The notes beneath the pieces were generated by a model. That model saw nothing but the letters and a program-made list of their open reading frames with translations, was not told the origin of the DNA and made no database searches. DNA of 64,000 bases from positions 1 through 64,000 of the forward strand of contig NW_027139653.1 in the NCBI RefSeq assembly GCF_035084215.1. The letters are read 5' to 3'. Positions 14,515-27,807 of this stretch are shown here, in pieces (positions within the stretch are counted from its first letter, which is position 1; each line of letters opens with the position of its first letter). The position numbers were made by a program, and so were the translations under genes. Source of the stretch: Heptranchias perlo (taxonomy: Eukaryota).

Positions 14515-16003
14515 GACACAGGACACAGGAACAGGAATCGGCCATTTCGCCTCTCAAGCCTGTTCTGCCATTCATTGAGATCCTGGCTGATCTGTGAGCT
14601 GACTCCAGACACCAGCCTTATCCCCACATCCCTTTATATCTTTGGTTACCACAAATCTATCAAACTCAGATTTAAAACCAATGGAGCGAGCATTAACTGC
14701 CGATTGCGGAAGAGAGTTCCAAACTTCTACCGCCCTTTGCGTCACTCCTGAAAGTCCTGGCTCTAATTTTTAGACTGTGTCCCCTCGTCCTGGACTCCCC
14801 AACCAGCGGAAATAGTTTCTCTCTGTCCACCCTATCAGTTCCCCTTAATATCTTGAAAACTTCGATCAAATCACCCCTTAATCTTCTAAATTCCACAGAA
14901 TACAATTCTAGTTTGTGTAATCACTCCTCGTAATTTAACCCTTGGAGCCCAGGTATCATTCTAGTAAATCTCCGCTGCTCTCCCTTCCTAAGGTGCGGTG
15001 CCCAGAACAGTACTCCAGATGTGATCTAACCAGGGCTTTGTACAGCTTTATAACTTCTACCCTCTTGTATTCTAGTCCTCTCGATATAAAGGCCAGCATC
15101 CCATTAGCCTTTTTGATTATTTTCTGTACCTGTCCATAACATTTTAATGATCTATGTACAGGGGCCCTTAAGTCTCTTTGGACCTTCACTGTTTCCAGCT
15201 TTTCACCATTTAGAAAGTACTCTGATCTCTCCTTTTTAGGTCCAAAGTGGATGACCTCACACTTGCCTACACTGAAATCCATTTGCCACAGTTTTGCCCA
15301 TTCACATAATCTATTAATATCTCTGTAATTTTATGCTTCCATCTACACTGCTTACAATGCTGTCTTTCTTTCTGTCATCATCAATACAGTGAATAGTTGA
15401 GGTCCCAACACAGATCCCTGTGGGACACCACTAGTCACATCCTGCCTATTTGAGTACCTGCCCATTATCCCTACTCCCTGTCTCCTGCCGCTCAGCCAAT
15501 TTCCTAACCAGGTCAATAATTTGCCCTCAATTGCATGAGCTTCAACTTTAGCTAACAGTCTCTTATGAGGGACTTTATCAATTGCCTTCTGGAAGTCGAT
15601 ATAAATAACATCCGTAGACATTCCCCCGTCCACTACTTTAGTCACCTCTTCAAGGCATGACCCTTTACAAATCCATGCTGGCTCTCTCTGATCTGCTGAA
15701 AATTTTCAAGGTGTTCAGTCACTCGATCCTTAATTATAGACTCGAGTAATTTCCCAACAACAGATGTTAGGCTAACTAGTCTATAATTCCCTGGTTTCTC
15801 TCTCTCACCTTTCTGAAATAGCGGAGTGACGTGTGCAATTTTCCAATCTAAAGGAACGGTTCCTGAATCGAGAGAAGTTTGGAAGATTATAGTTAGGGCT
15901 TCTGGAATGTTCTCACCCACTTCCTTTAAAACCCTGGGATGGAAACCATCTGGTCCTGGGGATTTGTCACTCTTTAGTGCCATTATTTTCTTCATTACTG
16001 TTA
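14515..16003 (-). mobile_element. CR1-clade LINE, degraded 3' portion (RT to C-terminus) with internal deletions
   Basis: ORF fragments KSPGPDGFHPRVLKE, YIDFQKAIDKVPH, GVPQGSVLGP, LEYC, RTRGHSLKI. Confidence 0.92.
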
Positions 16004-17039
16004 ATTACAGGAAGTCCCCGTCCCTGATTCAGAATTAGTTTCCTACATAATTAGATGGAGAATACTGTTGGGAAAATAAAAATGGTCTCTTTCATCCATT
16101 AAAAAAAAGCCCGGTGCCCGGACGCTGAGTTTCTGCACGAGACTGTAATGCAAGACTTCTGGCTTGGCACTTGAATTTAAAAGCTCCTTCCTCGGCCCAT
16201 GATCTGCTTGCCACTCCCTCCCTCTTCAGGCCTCTGTTCTGCTGCTGCTCCCTACCTCTACCCCGGGGCCCCATTCTTTACTGGTCTCTCCGTCTCTCAC
16301 ACTGCTCCTCATTTGATTTTTCCCGACTGCTCCCGCTTCTGTTTGCTCTCCTATGCTGTACGATCCTTGGCTGCCCCGCTGCCCCCAACTCTCTCCAGGC
16401 GGACACCCTCCCCAACCTCTCCCTCTCTCAAGTCCCTGTTTTCCTCACAAAATCTGGGCCCGAAATTCCTTTGGGGAGTGGGGTGGTGGCAGAGGCAATG
16501 TAATCGGGGCTGGATTCTGGAACTGGACCCGGCTGCTCCAGGTCTCCATCCCTTTTTTCCCCAAAGTTGGGAAATTTCACCGAGAGTGTGAGGGGTCACC
16601 TCTTGTGTCCTTTCCACCCCCCCTCCACCCCCACTCCATGCGGACATCATTGGAAGAGATGGGACTGTAAACATGGCACCATCCATCAGAACTCCCTCAG
16701 TTCCGCTCCCCAGTGCCCCCCAACACTAAGTACTCCTGTAGGGTCCGTATCAGGACTAGATCCCCGTGGAAATGACCAAAAGCACTTTACAGTGAAGGAT
16801 TTTGGACTTTTAAATACCAGTTTTAAGGATTAATTACCTGCTAAAGGAGCTGAGTTTGGTTAAAAGTATTAATTCAACATCGGAACTGTTGAACTGACTG
16901 TTCAAGGCGGCATGCTGGGCAGGTTGGCCACGTTCGAAAAGTGTTATTCGAACTGCCTGGAAGGCTGGAGATAAGGAGGCCTTGAAATATTGTGGGAGAC
17001 CATCGTAAACACCAGGTGATGTTTTTGTAGTCTCAGTCC

Positions 17040-17730
17040 CCTCAGATAATGAAGCAGTCCGTGCCCGCGTGCAGCTCGACCTGGACAACATCCAGGCTTG
17101 GGCTGATAAGTGGCAAGTAACATTCGCACCAGACAAGTGCCAGGCAATGACCATCTCCAACAAGAGAGAGTCTAACCACCTCCCCTTGACATTCAACGGC
17201 ATTACCATCACCGAATCCCCCACCATCAACATCCTGGGGGTCACCATTGACCAGAAACTTAACTGGACCAGCCATATAAATACTGTGTCTACAAGAGCAG
17301 GTCAGAGGCTGGGTAGTCTGCGGTGAGTGACTCACCTCCTGACTCCCCAAAGCCTTTCCACCATCTACAAGACACAAGTCAGGAGTGTGATGGAATACTC
17401 TCCACTTGCCTGCATGAGTGCAGCTCCAACAACACTTAAGAAGCTCAACACCATCCAGGACAAAGCAGCCCGCTTGATTGGCACCCCATCCACCACCCTA
17501 AACATTTACTCCCTTCACCACCGGCGCACCGTGGCTGCAGTGTGTACCATCCACAGGATGCACTGCAGCAACTCGCCAAGGCTTCTTCGACAGCACCTCC
17601 CAAACCCGCGACCTCTACCACCTAGAAGGACAAGAGCAGCAGGCACATGGGAATAACACCACCTGCACGTTCCCCTCCAAGTCACACACCATCCCGACTT
17701 GGAAATATATCGCTGTTCTTTCATCGTCGA
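17040..17730 (+). mobile_element. LINE fragment of a second CR1/L2-group family (C-terminal RT region)
   Basis: QLDLDNIQAWADKWQVTF..KCQAM..LGVTIDQKLNWTSHI..IYKTQVRSVMEY, with an in-frame stop. Confidence 0.85.
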
Positions 17731-17732
17731 TG

Positions 17733-18215
17733 TAACAACAACAACAACAACAACAACAACAACCTGCATTTATATCGCGCCTTTAACGTAGTAAAACGTC
17801 CCAAGGCACTTCACAGGAGCGATTATCAAACAAGACTTGACACTGAGCCACGTAAGGAGATGTTAGGACAGGTGACCAAAAGCTTGGTCAAAGAGGTAGG
17901 TTTGAAAGAGCATCTTAAAGGAGGAGAGAGAGGTGGAGAGGCGGAGAGGTTCAGGGAGGGAATTCCAGAGCTGAGGGCCTAGGCAGCTGAAGGCACGGCC
18001 GCCAATGGTGGAGAGATTAAAATTGGGGATGCGCAAGAGGCCAGAATTGGAGGAGTGCAGAGATCTCGGAGCGTTGTAGGGTTGGAGGAGGTCACAGGGA
18101 TAGGGAAGTGCGAGGCCAGGGAGGGATTTGAACACATGGAGGAATTTTAAAATCGAGGTGTTCCCGGATCGGGAGCCAATGTAGGTCAGCGAGCACGGGG
18201 TGGGTGGGGAACGGG
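17733..18215 (-). mobile_element. L2-type LINE 3' end with (TTG)n tail
   Basis: Minus-strand translation FKSLPGLA..RSLHSSNSGLL..GGRAFS..PQLWNSLP..SSFKML; (AAC)n at 17734-17763 on the + strand. Confidence 0.85.
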
Positions 18216-18824
18216 TGACAGGGAGGGAAGGGAACACCACATTTTCTGGATGCTATTGGGTAGTTTCTGGGTCATACTTTGTAGTCGCCTGAGCAAGAGT
18301 AAGTGGGCTTGAGCAATCCAATGATGCTCCAGTACCTGTGGCCAGTGGGGTGACTCGGCTGGTATCTCAGGATTGGAGGGAGACTGGACTGGAACCCAAA
18401 GAGACTGTGCACAGAGGGTCACCAGTCACTGTTTTAGACACTCTCTGTGCTGGGTGGTTAAAAGCCACTTTAAACTGACCCCAACTGGGGTGATGGTTGT
18501 AGGGCCGCGACATGTGGCCTCAGGGCCCCTGGGTTAGGGAGGGGACTGTTATCCCCACTCTAAATCAAACAGTGTTGGAACTGTGCGTGTCTGGACATCG
18601 GACGGGCCAGGATCTGGCCAGGCTGTGTTGAAAAGCCTATTGATGCTTCGTGTCAAGGTTCACAGGTGTTTAATGGTCACTGGGGCGATATACTGGAGAG
18701 TGACCCCTGTCTGTGGAACCCTATCCAGCAAGAGGTTAATGGATTCAAGAGAGGAGGAGGAGGAGAGAAGGGAGTTGGTGAGGGAAGGAGTGTCGAGAAT
18801 TTGCTTTCGATTCAGTGCTTGAAA

Positions 18825-19122
18825 TCCGTATTCTAACTCGCACCAAGTCCCGTTCTCCCATCACCCCCTGCGTTCGCTGACCTACACTGGCCCCCGGTCC
18901 GGGAACGCCTCGATTTTAAAATTCTCATCCTTGTTTTAAATCCCTCCATGGCCTCGCCCTCCCTTTCCCTGTAACCTCCTCCAGCCCTACAACCCTCCGA
19001 GATCTCTGCGCTCCTCCAATTCTGGCCTCTAGCGCAGCCCCGATTTTAATCGCTCCACCATTGGCGGCCGTGCCTTCAGCTGCCTCGGCGTTAAGCTCTG
19101 GAATTCCGTCCCTAAACCTCTC
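18825..19122 (+). mobile_element. L2-type LINE 3' fragment abutting the left edge of the tandem duplication
   Basis: Same family as 17733-18215 in opposite orientation (TTTTAAAATTCTC..GGCGGCCGTGCCTTCAGCTGCCT..CTCTGGAATTCC). Confidence 0.8.
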
Positions 19123-19319
19123 TGGTTCTCCAGCAGTCTCCCTCAGGATTCCTGTCTTCTTCCTTCCTGTCTCCACACAGTTCCTGAATCCCCTTCTGTC
19201 CGTGATTCTGGCTCCCCTTAAATCCTCTCTTTGGTCTCCTTCCTCCTGCTCTGTGCTCTGAGGTGTCTCCCTGTACACTGTTTTATTGTAAGTTGCTGTA
19301 CACAGTCAAAACATCACAT

Positions 19320-19765
19320 TGGAACATAGGAACAGGAGGAGGCCATTCAGCCCCTCGATCCTGTTCCGCCATTCAATTAGATCATGGCCAATCTGCATCT
19401 CAACTCCATCCTTGGTGCCATATCCCTTAATAACCTTGCCGAACAAAAATCGATCAATCTCAGTTGTGAAATTTTCAATTGACCCCCAGCCTCAACAGTT
19501 TTTTGGGGGAGAGAGTTACAGGTTTCCACTCCCCTTTGTGTGAAGAAACGCTTCCTGACATCACCCCTGAACGGCCTGGCTCTAATTTTAAGGTGACGCC
19601 CCCTTGTTCTGGATTCTCCCACCGGAGGAAATAGTTTCTCTCTATCTACAATATCAAATCCTTCAATGATCTTAATTACAGCACCCGTTAATCTTCTGCA
19701 CTCAAGGGAATACAAGCCTCGTCTGTGCAACCTGTCCTCATAATTCAACCCTTTCAGCCCCCGGT
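19320..19765 (-). mobile_element. Short CR1 3' fragment within the duplicated unit (also about 22628-23080, 29612-30061, 36375-36827, 43359-43810)
   Basis: GLYSLECRRL..RTRGRHLKI..FFTQRGV plus the CR1 3' UTR motif GGCCATTCAGCCCCTC. Confidence 0.88.
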
Positions 19766-20387
19766 ATGAAAGTACTTCTCATAATGAATGGCGTTTCCCA
19801 CATTACAACAGTGATGACACTTTCACATTACTTCACTTTCTGTGAAGCGCTTTGGGACATCCTGAGGTTGTGAAAGGTGATGTATAAAAAGATCTTTTGT
19901 TCTTTCCGAACCTTCTTGTGCTGCTTCAGCAGGGTGACACTGAAATCGAAGCAGATTCGAAGCCTGGCCCCCCGTTCCCACCTTCACCTCACAGCAACAC
20001 AATGGACTTTGGGCTGTCCGATGTCCGATGTGTTGCTCAGGCCCACGACTGACTTTTATTTCTGAGCAAACACTGCCCGTTTATTATAGTCTCTGAGCGG
20101 GTCAAGGCCAAAGTGAACTCTGTGTGTCCGATTTTGGGGAGAATGAGCTGCTGACTCTTCAATAATCAACTGGTGCTCGAGGCAAAAATACTCACAGTGA
20201 TGTTGATCTGGGTGAATTAGAATAAATTGGCATCGAAGCAAATTCACAGACAGATTTTTATGTTAATTTTCAATGCACCGTCTTCGAGTCGCGCTTAACA
20301 TGAGGCTCCTCAGAACAGCAATCCATGAGGATAACAGAGCATTGAACGATGTCAACAAATCCAGTCAGTGGACGTCATGCTCAAACT

Positions 20388-20825
20388 GAGGGGGAGGGGG
20401 AAAGGGAGGGAGAGGGATAGTGGGAGGGAGATGGAGAGGGAGAAGGGGAGGGGGAGTCGGAGGGAGAGTGGGAGGCAGAGGCTGAGGGGGAGGGGAGTGA
20501 GAGTGGAGGGGAGGGAGAGTGGACGGGAGGGAGTGGGTGGGGGAGCTAGAGGGAGAGAGGGAGGGTGATGGGGAAGGGACAGAGAAGGGGATCGAGAGGG
20601 AGAGGTGCAGGAGGGGGTGTGAGTGAAGAGAGAGGGTAAAGGTGGGGAGATGGGGAAGGAGAGGGGGAGTCAGACAAGGAGAGGGAGAGGAAAGGGAAGA
20701 GGACAAGGCAGATGGGGAGGGGGAGGGAGAGGGAGAGGGTGGGAGAGGCAGAGAGGGATTGTGGGAGGGAGAGGGGTATGAGGAGGGAGAGTGGAGGGAG
20801 AGGGAGTGGGCAGGGAGAGGGTGGG
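20388..20825. repeat. GA-rich polypurine tract in each unit (also about 23703-24190, 30684-31171, 37450-37937, 44433-44925)
   Basis: Almost pure G/A on the + strand; copies 1 and 5 share one version, copies 2-4 another. Confidence 0.9.
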
Positions 20826-20990
20826 AGATTATCTGGCTATTATCTCATTGCTATTTGTGGGATCTTGCTGTGTGCAAATTGGCTGCCGTGTTTCCTACAT
20901 TAAAACAGTGACTACACTTCACGAACACTTCACTGTCTGTAAAACTCTTTGGGAGGTCCTGAGGTGGTGAAATCACAATAGGAACGTGAG
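20826..20990 (+). mobile_element. SINE/L2-type 3' tail in each unit (also about 27812, 34793, 41559, 44927)
   Basis: TTTGTGGGATCTTGCTGTGTGCAAATTGGCTGCCGTGTTTCCTACATT..TTTGGGAGGTCCTGAGGTGGTGAAA resembles the tail of shark Deu-domain SINEs; a more decayed copy lies at about 19790-19895. Confidence 0.7.
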
Positions 20991-21179
20991 TCTCTCTTTT
21001 CTTTGTGGTCCCATTGCCAGTGAGAGTCGGTGCATTGGGAAGAGAATGGGAGGGGTGAAAGTGGGAGTCTGGAATAGACCATTGAAATACAGGGGGTGTA
21101 AACAGATGCGATGGTTCGGTGTTAATACTGGGCTGGGCCTCAGTGTGAACCCCTGCTGTAAGATGCAGGCTCAGACTCC

Positions 21180-21364
21180 ACTCCCTGGGACCCAGTGACC
21201 AGAACAAGTCCCTCCATTCTAACTGGATCTGGTTATCAGACCTGCTGCACACAAGCACCAATAAGTAGCTTCAGACTCGAGTGGTGTTGAAAAGTGCAAG
21301 AGATTCAGTTACTGTTACAGCAGCTTCTCTCCTGGTTAATCAGCGCCTCGGGTGACTTTACAAC
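21180..21364 (+). promoter_or_regulatory. Putative proximal promoter/5' UTR of leader cassette 1 (repeated in copies 2, 4 and 5; deleted in copy 3)
   Basis: Immediately upstream of the leader ATG; CCAAT at 21258-21262; X1-like CCCAGTGACCAG at about 21191. No complete SXY module recognised. Confidence 0.35.
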
Positions 21365-21416
21365 ATGCTGCTTGTTACTTTACTGAACGTTTACTGTGTG
21401 CCCAACGTCTCCTCTG
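21365..21416 (+). CDS. MHC class I signal-peptide (leader) exon, copy 1
   Basis: ACAACATG context, in-frame TGA 12 nt upstream, encodes MLLVTLLNVYCVPNVSS plus G, donor G|GTAAGC. Phase 1 joins the alpha1 exon in frame (G+AT = Asp, then FH). Confidence 0.8.
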
Positions 21417-22159
21417 GTAAGCAAATCAAACAGCTTCTATCTGTGGACAGTATTTGAGGGGACACCGAGATTGAACCCATCTTCCATCACAAGATGCTCT
21501 CGAGCGGCCCCTGGGTTTGGACTATCTCATTGCCTTGGGTGTGTGAGCGATTCAGGTTAAGGATGATCCCTGTTCTGGGGAGGGGTCACTGGGGGAGGTT
21601 GTGTCACTGATCTGTTTGCCAAGTGTTTGTTCGAGGCACTTTTCTTCAATTATTGTCAAGGCTCACAGACAAATAACAGCCATTTTGGGGGTGAGGTATT
21701 AGAGCAGTACCTTGGAAGCAGTGGAAGGGAAGGGGATGGAGGGAATGGGAAGGGACAGGAAAGAAAAGGAAGGGAAAGGGAAGGGAAGGAATCGGAAAGG
21801 AAGGGAAAGGGAATGGAAGGGGAGGGAAGGAAAATCCTTTCCCTCGGATGGTGTTTCAAGAAGGATTCCATTATCCCCTTTCACATAACGGGCTAGATTG
21901 TGGTTTTAGCTCCGAGACATTAGGCATCACCTGGGCTGAGTTCAGAACGGAAATCTGGCCGGGCGGGGGGGTGATTTCAATAGAAGGAAAATGCTCCAGG
22001 TTCTGTTCCTGCCGTGTGATCCTCCTCTCCAGATTTTGCTCTCTCTCTGCTCCGCCCTGTTGATGCTGAACACCCAGGTGGTAAAGGTGAAAATCGACCT
22101 CAATATTACTGGACCACAGACACGTGTGAACCTTTCAGAGATTGTGTTCTGATCGATGT

Positions 22160-22450
22160 GTTCTGCCTCCTCCCTCTCACCCCCATCCCTTGTTCGTGCC
22201 AAAACCCCATCGGCTCCTCCAACTCCACAGAATTGACTCGAAGGTTCATTTCTTCACCTTTAAAGCCCTCTCTGTCCTCCTCCCTTCCCACCTCCGCAAT
22301 CTCCCCCAATCTCATGCCCCCACATGCCCCCTCCGCTCCTCCCACACCGGCCTAACCTCTCCTTCTCCACTGCCTCTGTTCCACCACTGAGAGCCGATCC
22401 TTCAGTCTCTCCTGTCCCTGCCCTCTCCAGCAATCTCCCTCAGGATTCCT
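22160..22450 (+). mobile_element. Highly decayed L2-like 3' fragment at the unit junction (repeated in copies 2-4)
   Basis: Translation HRIDSKVHFFTFKAL..PSHL..PLRSSHTGL resembles the L2 ORF2 C-terminus (RIDFKILLLTFKAL..LRSS..GLL). Confidence 0.55.
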
Positions 22451-24190
22451 GCCTTGTCCCTTCCCGGCCTCTCCACTGTTCCTGAATCAACTCCTGAGTG
22501 TGATTCTGGCTCCTCTTAAATCCTCTCTTTGGGCTCCTCCCTCCTGCTCTGTGCTCTGAGGCGTCTCCCTGTACACGAGGGCTGCTGTAGTAATGTAAGC
22601 TGCTGCACACAGTCAAAGCATCTCATCGGAACATAGGAACAGGAGGAGGCCATTCAGCCCCTCAAGCCTGTTCCGCCATTCAATTAGATCATGGCTGATC
22701 TGTTTCTTAACTCCACCCACCCGCCTTGGTGCCATATCCCATAATAACCTTGCCTAACAAAAATCGATCAATCTCAGTTGTGAAATTTTCAATTGACCCC
22801 CAGCCTCAACAGCATTTTGGGGAAAGAGAGTTCCAGATTTCCACTCCCCTTTGTGTGAAGAAACGCTTCCTGACATCACCCCTGAACGGCCTGGCTCTAA
22901 TTTTAAGGTGACGGCCCCTTGTTCTGGACTCTCCCACCAGAGGAAATAGTTTCTCTCTATCTACCCAATCAGATCCTTCAATGATCTTAATTACAGCACC
23001 CGTTAATCTTCTGCACTCAAGGGAATACAAGCCTGGTCTGTGCAACCTGTCCTCATAATTTAACCCTTTCAGCCCCCGGTATGAAAGTACTTCTCATAAT
23101 GAATGGCGTTTCCCACATTACAACAGTGATGACACTTTCACATTACTTCACTTTCTGTGAAGCGCTTTGGGACATCCTGAGGTTGTGAAAGGTGATGTAT
23201 AAAAAGATCTTTTGTTCTTTCCGAACCTTCTTGTGCTGCTTCAGCAGGGTGACACTGAAATCGAAGCAGATTCGAAGCCTGTCCCCCCGTTCCCACCTTC
23301 ACCTCACAGCAACACAATGGACTTTGGACTGTCCGATGTCCGATGTGTTGCTCAGGCCCACGACTGACTTTTATTTCTGAGCAAACACTGCCCGTTTATT
23401 ATAGTCTCTGAGCGGGTCAAGGCCAAAGTGAACTCTGTATGTCCGATTGTGGGGAGAATGAGCTGCTGACTCTTCAATAATCAACTGGTGCTCGAGGAAA
23501 AAATACTCACAGTGATGTTGATCTGGGTGAATTAGAATAAATTGGCATCGAAGCAAATTCACAGACAGATTTTTATGTTCATTTTCAATGCACCGTCTTC
23601 GAGTCGCGCTTAACATGAGGCTCCTCAGAACAGCAACCCATGAGGATAACAGAACATTGAACAATGTCACCAAATCCAGTCAGTGGACGTCATGCTCAAA
23701 CTGAGGGGGAGGGGGAAAGGGAGGGAGAGGGATAGTGGGAGGGAGGGGCAGGGAGGGGGTGGGAGGGGGATGGAGGAGGAGAGGGCGATGGAGAGGGAGA
23801 AGGGGAGAGGGCGAAGGAGATGGGGTGGGAGTTGGGTTTGGGAGGAGAGGGAGAGGGAAAGAGCGAGAGAGAGGGGGAGAGAGAGGGAGTGGGGAGAGGA
23901 GGGATTGGGAGAGGGAGAGGTGATGGGGAATAGGATGGAGTGGCAGAGGGTGAGCGGGAGCGAGAGGGAGGCAGATGGGGAGGGTCAGAGAAGGAGAGCA
24001 AGAGGGAGACGTGGATGAGGGAGTGTGTGAGTGGAGGGAGAGGGGGAGTCGGACAAAGAGAGGGAGAGGAAGGGGAAGAGGACAAGGGAGATGAGGAGGG
24101 GGAAGAAGAGGGGACTGAGAGGGAGAGGGTGGGAGAGGGAGAGAGGGATGGTGGGAGGGAGAGATAGACGAGGAGGGGGCGGGAGAGGGA

Positions 24191-27100
24191 GAACATAAGA
24201 ACATAAGAACATAAGAAATAGGAGCAGGAGTCGGCCAATCGGCCCCTCGAGCCTGTTCCGCCATTCAATAATTTCATGGCTGATCTGATCCTAACCTCAA
24301 ATCTAAATTCATGTCCAATTTCCTGCCCGCTCCCCGTAACCCCTAATTCCCTTTACTTCTAGCAAACTGTCTATTTCTGTTTTAAATTTATTTAATGATG
24401 TTGCTTCCACAGCTTCCTGGGGCAGCAAATTCCACAGACCTACTACCCTCTGAGTGAAGAAGTTTCTCCTCATCTCAGTTTTGAAAGAGCAGCCCCTTAT
24501 TCTAAGATTATGCCCCCTAGTTCTAGTTTCACCCATCCTTGGGAACATCCTTACCGCATCCACCCGATCAAGCCCCTTCACAATCTTATATATTTCAATA
24601 AGATCGCCTCTCATTCTTCTGAACTCCAATGAGTAGAGTCCCAATCTGCTCAACCTCTCCTCATATGTCCACCCCCTCATCCCCGGGATTAACCGAGTGA
24701 ACCTTCTTTGTACTGCCTCGAGAGCAAGTATGTCTTTTCTTCAGTATGGAGACCAAAACTGTATGCAGTATTCCAGGTGCGGTCTCAGCAATACCTTATA
24801 TAACTGCAGCAATACCTCCCTGTTTTTATATTCTATCCCCCTAGCAATAAAAGCCAACATTCCGTTGGCCTTCTTGATCACCTGCTGCACCTGCAAACTA
24901 ACCTTTTGATTTTCTTGCACTAGGACCCCCAAATCCCTTTGTACTGCAGTACTTTCCAGTTTCTCGCCATTAAGATAATAACTTGCTCTCCGATTTTTCC
25001 TGCCAAAGTGCATAACCTCACATTTTCCAATATTGTATTGCATCTGCCAAATCTCCGCCCACTCACCCAGCCTGTCTATATCCCCTTGTCGGTTTTTTAT
25101 GTCCTCCTCACTCTCTACTTTCCCTCCCATCTTTGTATCATCTGCAAACTTTGATATGTTACACTCGGTCCCCTCCTCCAAATCGTTAATATAGATTGTA
25201 AAGAGTTGGGGACCCAGCACCGACCCCTGCGGAACACCACTGGCTACAGGTTGCCAGTCCGAGAATGTACCATTTATCCCAACTCTCTGCTTCCTGTTAG
25301 ATAACCAATCCTCCACCCATGCCAGAATATTACCCCCAATCCAGTGATTCTTTATCTTGAGCAATAATCTTTTATGTGGCACCTTGTCGAATGCCTTCTG
25401 AAAGTCCAAATACACTACGTCCACTGGTTCCCCTTTATCCACCCTGTACGTTATATCCTCAAAGAACTCAAGCAAATTTGTCAGACATGACTTCCCCTTC
25501 GTAAAGCCATGCTGACTTTGTCCTATTAAATTATGTTTATCCAAATGTTCTGCTATTGTCTCCTTAATAATAGACTCCAAAACTTTACCCACCACAGATG
25601 TTAAGCTAACTGGTCTATAATTTCCAGCCTTCTGCCTACTACCCTTTTTAAATAACGGTGTAACATTGGCAGTTTTCCAATCTGCCGGGACCTTTGCCGA
25701 GTCCAGAAAATTTTGGAAAATTATTACCAAAGCATCCACAATCCCTACTGCCACTTCCCTCAAGACCCTAGGATGTAAGCCATCAGGTCCAGGGGATTTA
25801 TCCGCCTTGAGTCCCATTAATTTACTGAGTACCAATTCCTTAGTGATTTTAATCGTATTTAGCTCCTCCCCCCAGAGCCCCCTGTTTGTCCAGTGTTGGG
25901 ATATTCTTAGTGTCCTCTACTGTAAAGACTGAAACAAAATATTTGTTCAGCATTTTTGCCATGTCCATGTTTCCCACCATTAATTTCCCGGTCTCATCCT
26001 CCAAAGGACCTACGTTTGCCTTAGCCACCCTTTTTCTTTTTATATAACTGTAGAAACTCTTGCTATCTGTTTTTATATTTTTTGCTAATTTATTTTCATA
26101 ATCTATCTTCCCTTTCTTAATCAATCCTTTTGTTACTTTTTGCTGTCTTTTGAAGACTTCCCAATCTTCTATCCTCCCACTAAGTTTGGCTACCTTATAT
26201 GTCCTTGTTTTTCGTCGGATACTATCCTTAATTTCTTTACTTAGCCATGGATGGCTGTCATTTCTTTGAAACCCTTTTTTCCTCAGTGGAATATATATTT
26301 TTTGAAAGTTGTAAAATAACTCCTTAAATGAACACCACTGCTCATGTACCGTCTTACCCTTTAATCTATTTTCCCAGTCCACTTTAATCAATTCCGCTCT
26401 CATACCATCATAGTCTCCTTTATTCAAGCTCAGTACGCTTGTTTGAGAACCAACCTTCTCACCCTCTAATTGGATATGGAATGTAACCATGTTATGGTCA
26501 CTCATTCCAAGGGGATCCTTAACTAGGACATTATTAATTAATCCTGGCTCATTACACAGGACCAGGTCCAAGGTTGCTTGCTCCCTTGTTGGTTCAGTTA
26601 CATACTGCTCAAGAAATCCATCCCTAATACACTCAATAAACTCTTCCTCAAGGCTACCCTGCCCAATTTGATTTGTCCAGTTAATATGATAGTTAAAATC
26701 CCCCCAAATTATAGCTGTTCCCTTATTACATGCCCCGACTATTTCCTGATTAATACTTCTTCCAGCAGAGTTGCAACTATTAGGAGGCCTATATACTATG
26801 CCCACGAGTGTTTTTTGCCCCTTATTATTCCTTATCTCTCCCCAAACTGTTTCATTATCCTGATCCTTTGTCCCAATATCTTTTGTCTGTGTTACAGTGA
26901 TTCCTTCCCTTATTAACATAGCCACCCCACCTCCCCTTCCTTCCTGCCTGTCCTTCCTGATTGTTAAATACCCTGGCATATTTAATTCCCAGTCGTTGTC
27001 ACCCTGCAGCCATGTTTCTGTAATGGCCACAAGATCAGACCCATACGTCGTTATTTGTGCCGTTAACTCGTCCATTTTGTTACGAATGCTACGTGCATTC

Positions 27101-27807
27101 AGATAAAGAACTTTCAAATATGTTTTGTGACACTTAGTTCCTGCTTTTTCCTTTTTTAACACTTTACCTTTTACTCCATACCTTCTGTCCCTTCCTGATA
27201 TGCTTTCCTCTGTCTCCCTGCTCAGGTTCCTAACCCCCTGCCACAGCTTTGATGCTGGGTTCATCGCCTTCCGCCATCTAGTTTTTATTTTATCTGTCGT
27301 GCCTAAAGTGCCTAAAGTACACTTTCTTTCCGCTGCTCGATGCTTTTCCCTTTCACTTGTTCTTGAACAACTGTTTGTACTATTTGTATTGTAAATTTCC
27401 CCTGGGTCTTCCCCTCTCTTGCTGCTCTCAACTTTATTCCCTTCTGACTCCCCACTCAGGTTCCCATCCCCCTGCCACTCTAGTTTAAACCTTCCCCAAC
27501 AGCACGAGCAAACACCCCCGCGAGGACATTTGTCCCGGTCCTGCTCGGGTGTAAACCGTCACGCTTGTACAGGTCCCACCTTCCCCAGAACCGGTCCCAA
27601 TGTCCCAGGAATCTAAATCCCTCCCTCCTACACCATCCCTGCAGCCACGCATTCATCCTGTCTATTCTCCTGTTCCTATACTCACTAGCACGTGGCACCG
27701 GTAGTAATCCTGAGATCACTACCTTTGAAGTCCTGCTTTTTAATTTATCTCCTAACTCCTGAAATTCACCTTGCAGGACCTCATCCCTTTTTTTACCTAT
27801 GTCGTTG
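24191..27807 (-). mobile_element. CR1 LINE, 5'-truncated in ORF1, complete but disrupted ORF2 (copy A)
   Basis: APE endonuclease (LYLNARS, ITETWL, GDFN, LDLV, SDH), RT (YLDFQKAFDKV, GVPQGSVLGP, FADD), ORF1 esterase-like end (NDIG..DGLHP), (CTTATGTT)n tail. One-base frameshift in the C6 run at 25868-25873 and in-frame TGA at 24741. Confidence 0.97.

Noticed and set aside
19877-20065. 62-aa ORF conserved in all five units (MMYKKIFCSF...)
   Set aside because: Begins in a SINE tail, has no recognisable domain, and its conservation only reflects recent duplication.
20194-20205. Possible minus-strand 12-nt microexon (CACCCAG/ATCAACATCACT/GTGAGTA) repeated in each unit
   Set aside because: No partner exons found on the minus strand; such motif pairs arise by chance.
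21890-22101. Possible MITE (GGGCTCGATT..AAAATCGACCT) in each unit; similar GC-rich termini near 16457, 45528 and 63868
   Set aside because: Inverted repeats are too short and degenerate and no target-site duplication could be defined.
24309-27264. Active retrotransposon or domesticated RT gene
   Set aside because: ORF2 has a frameshift and an in-frame stop, and the 5' end is missing in all three copies.
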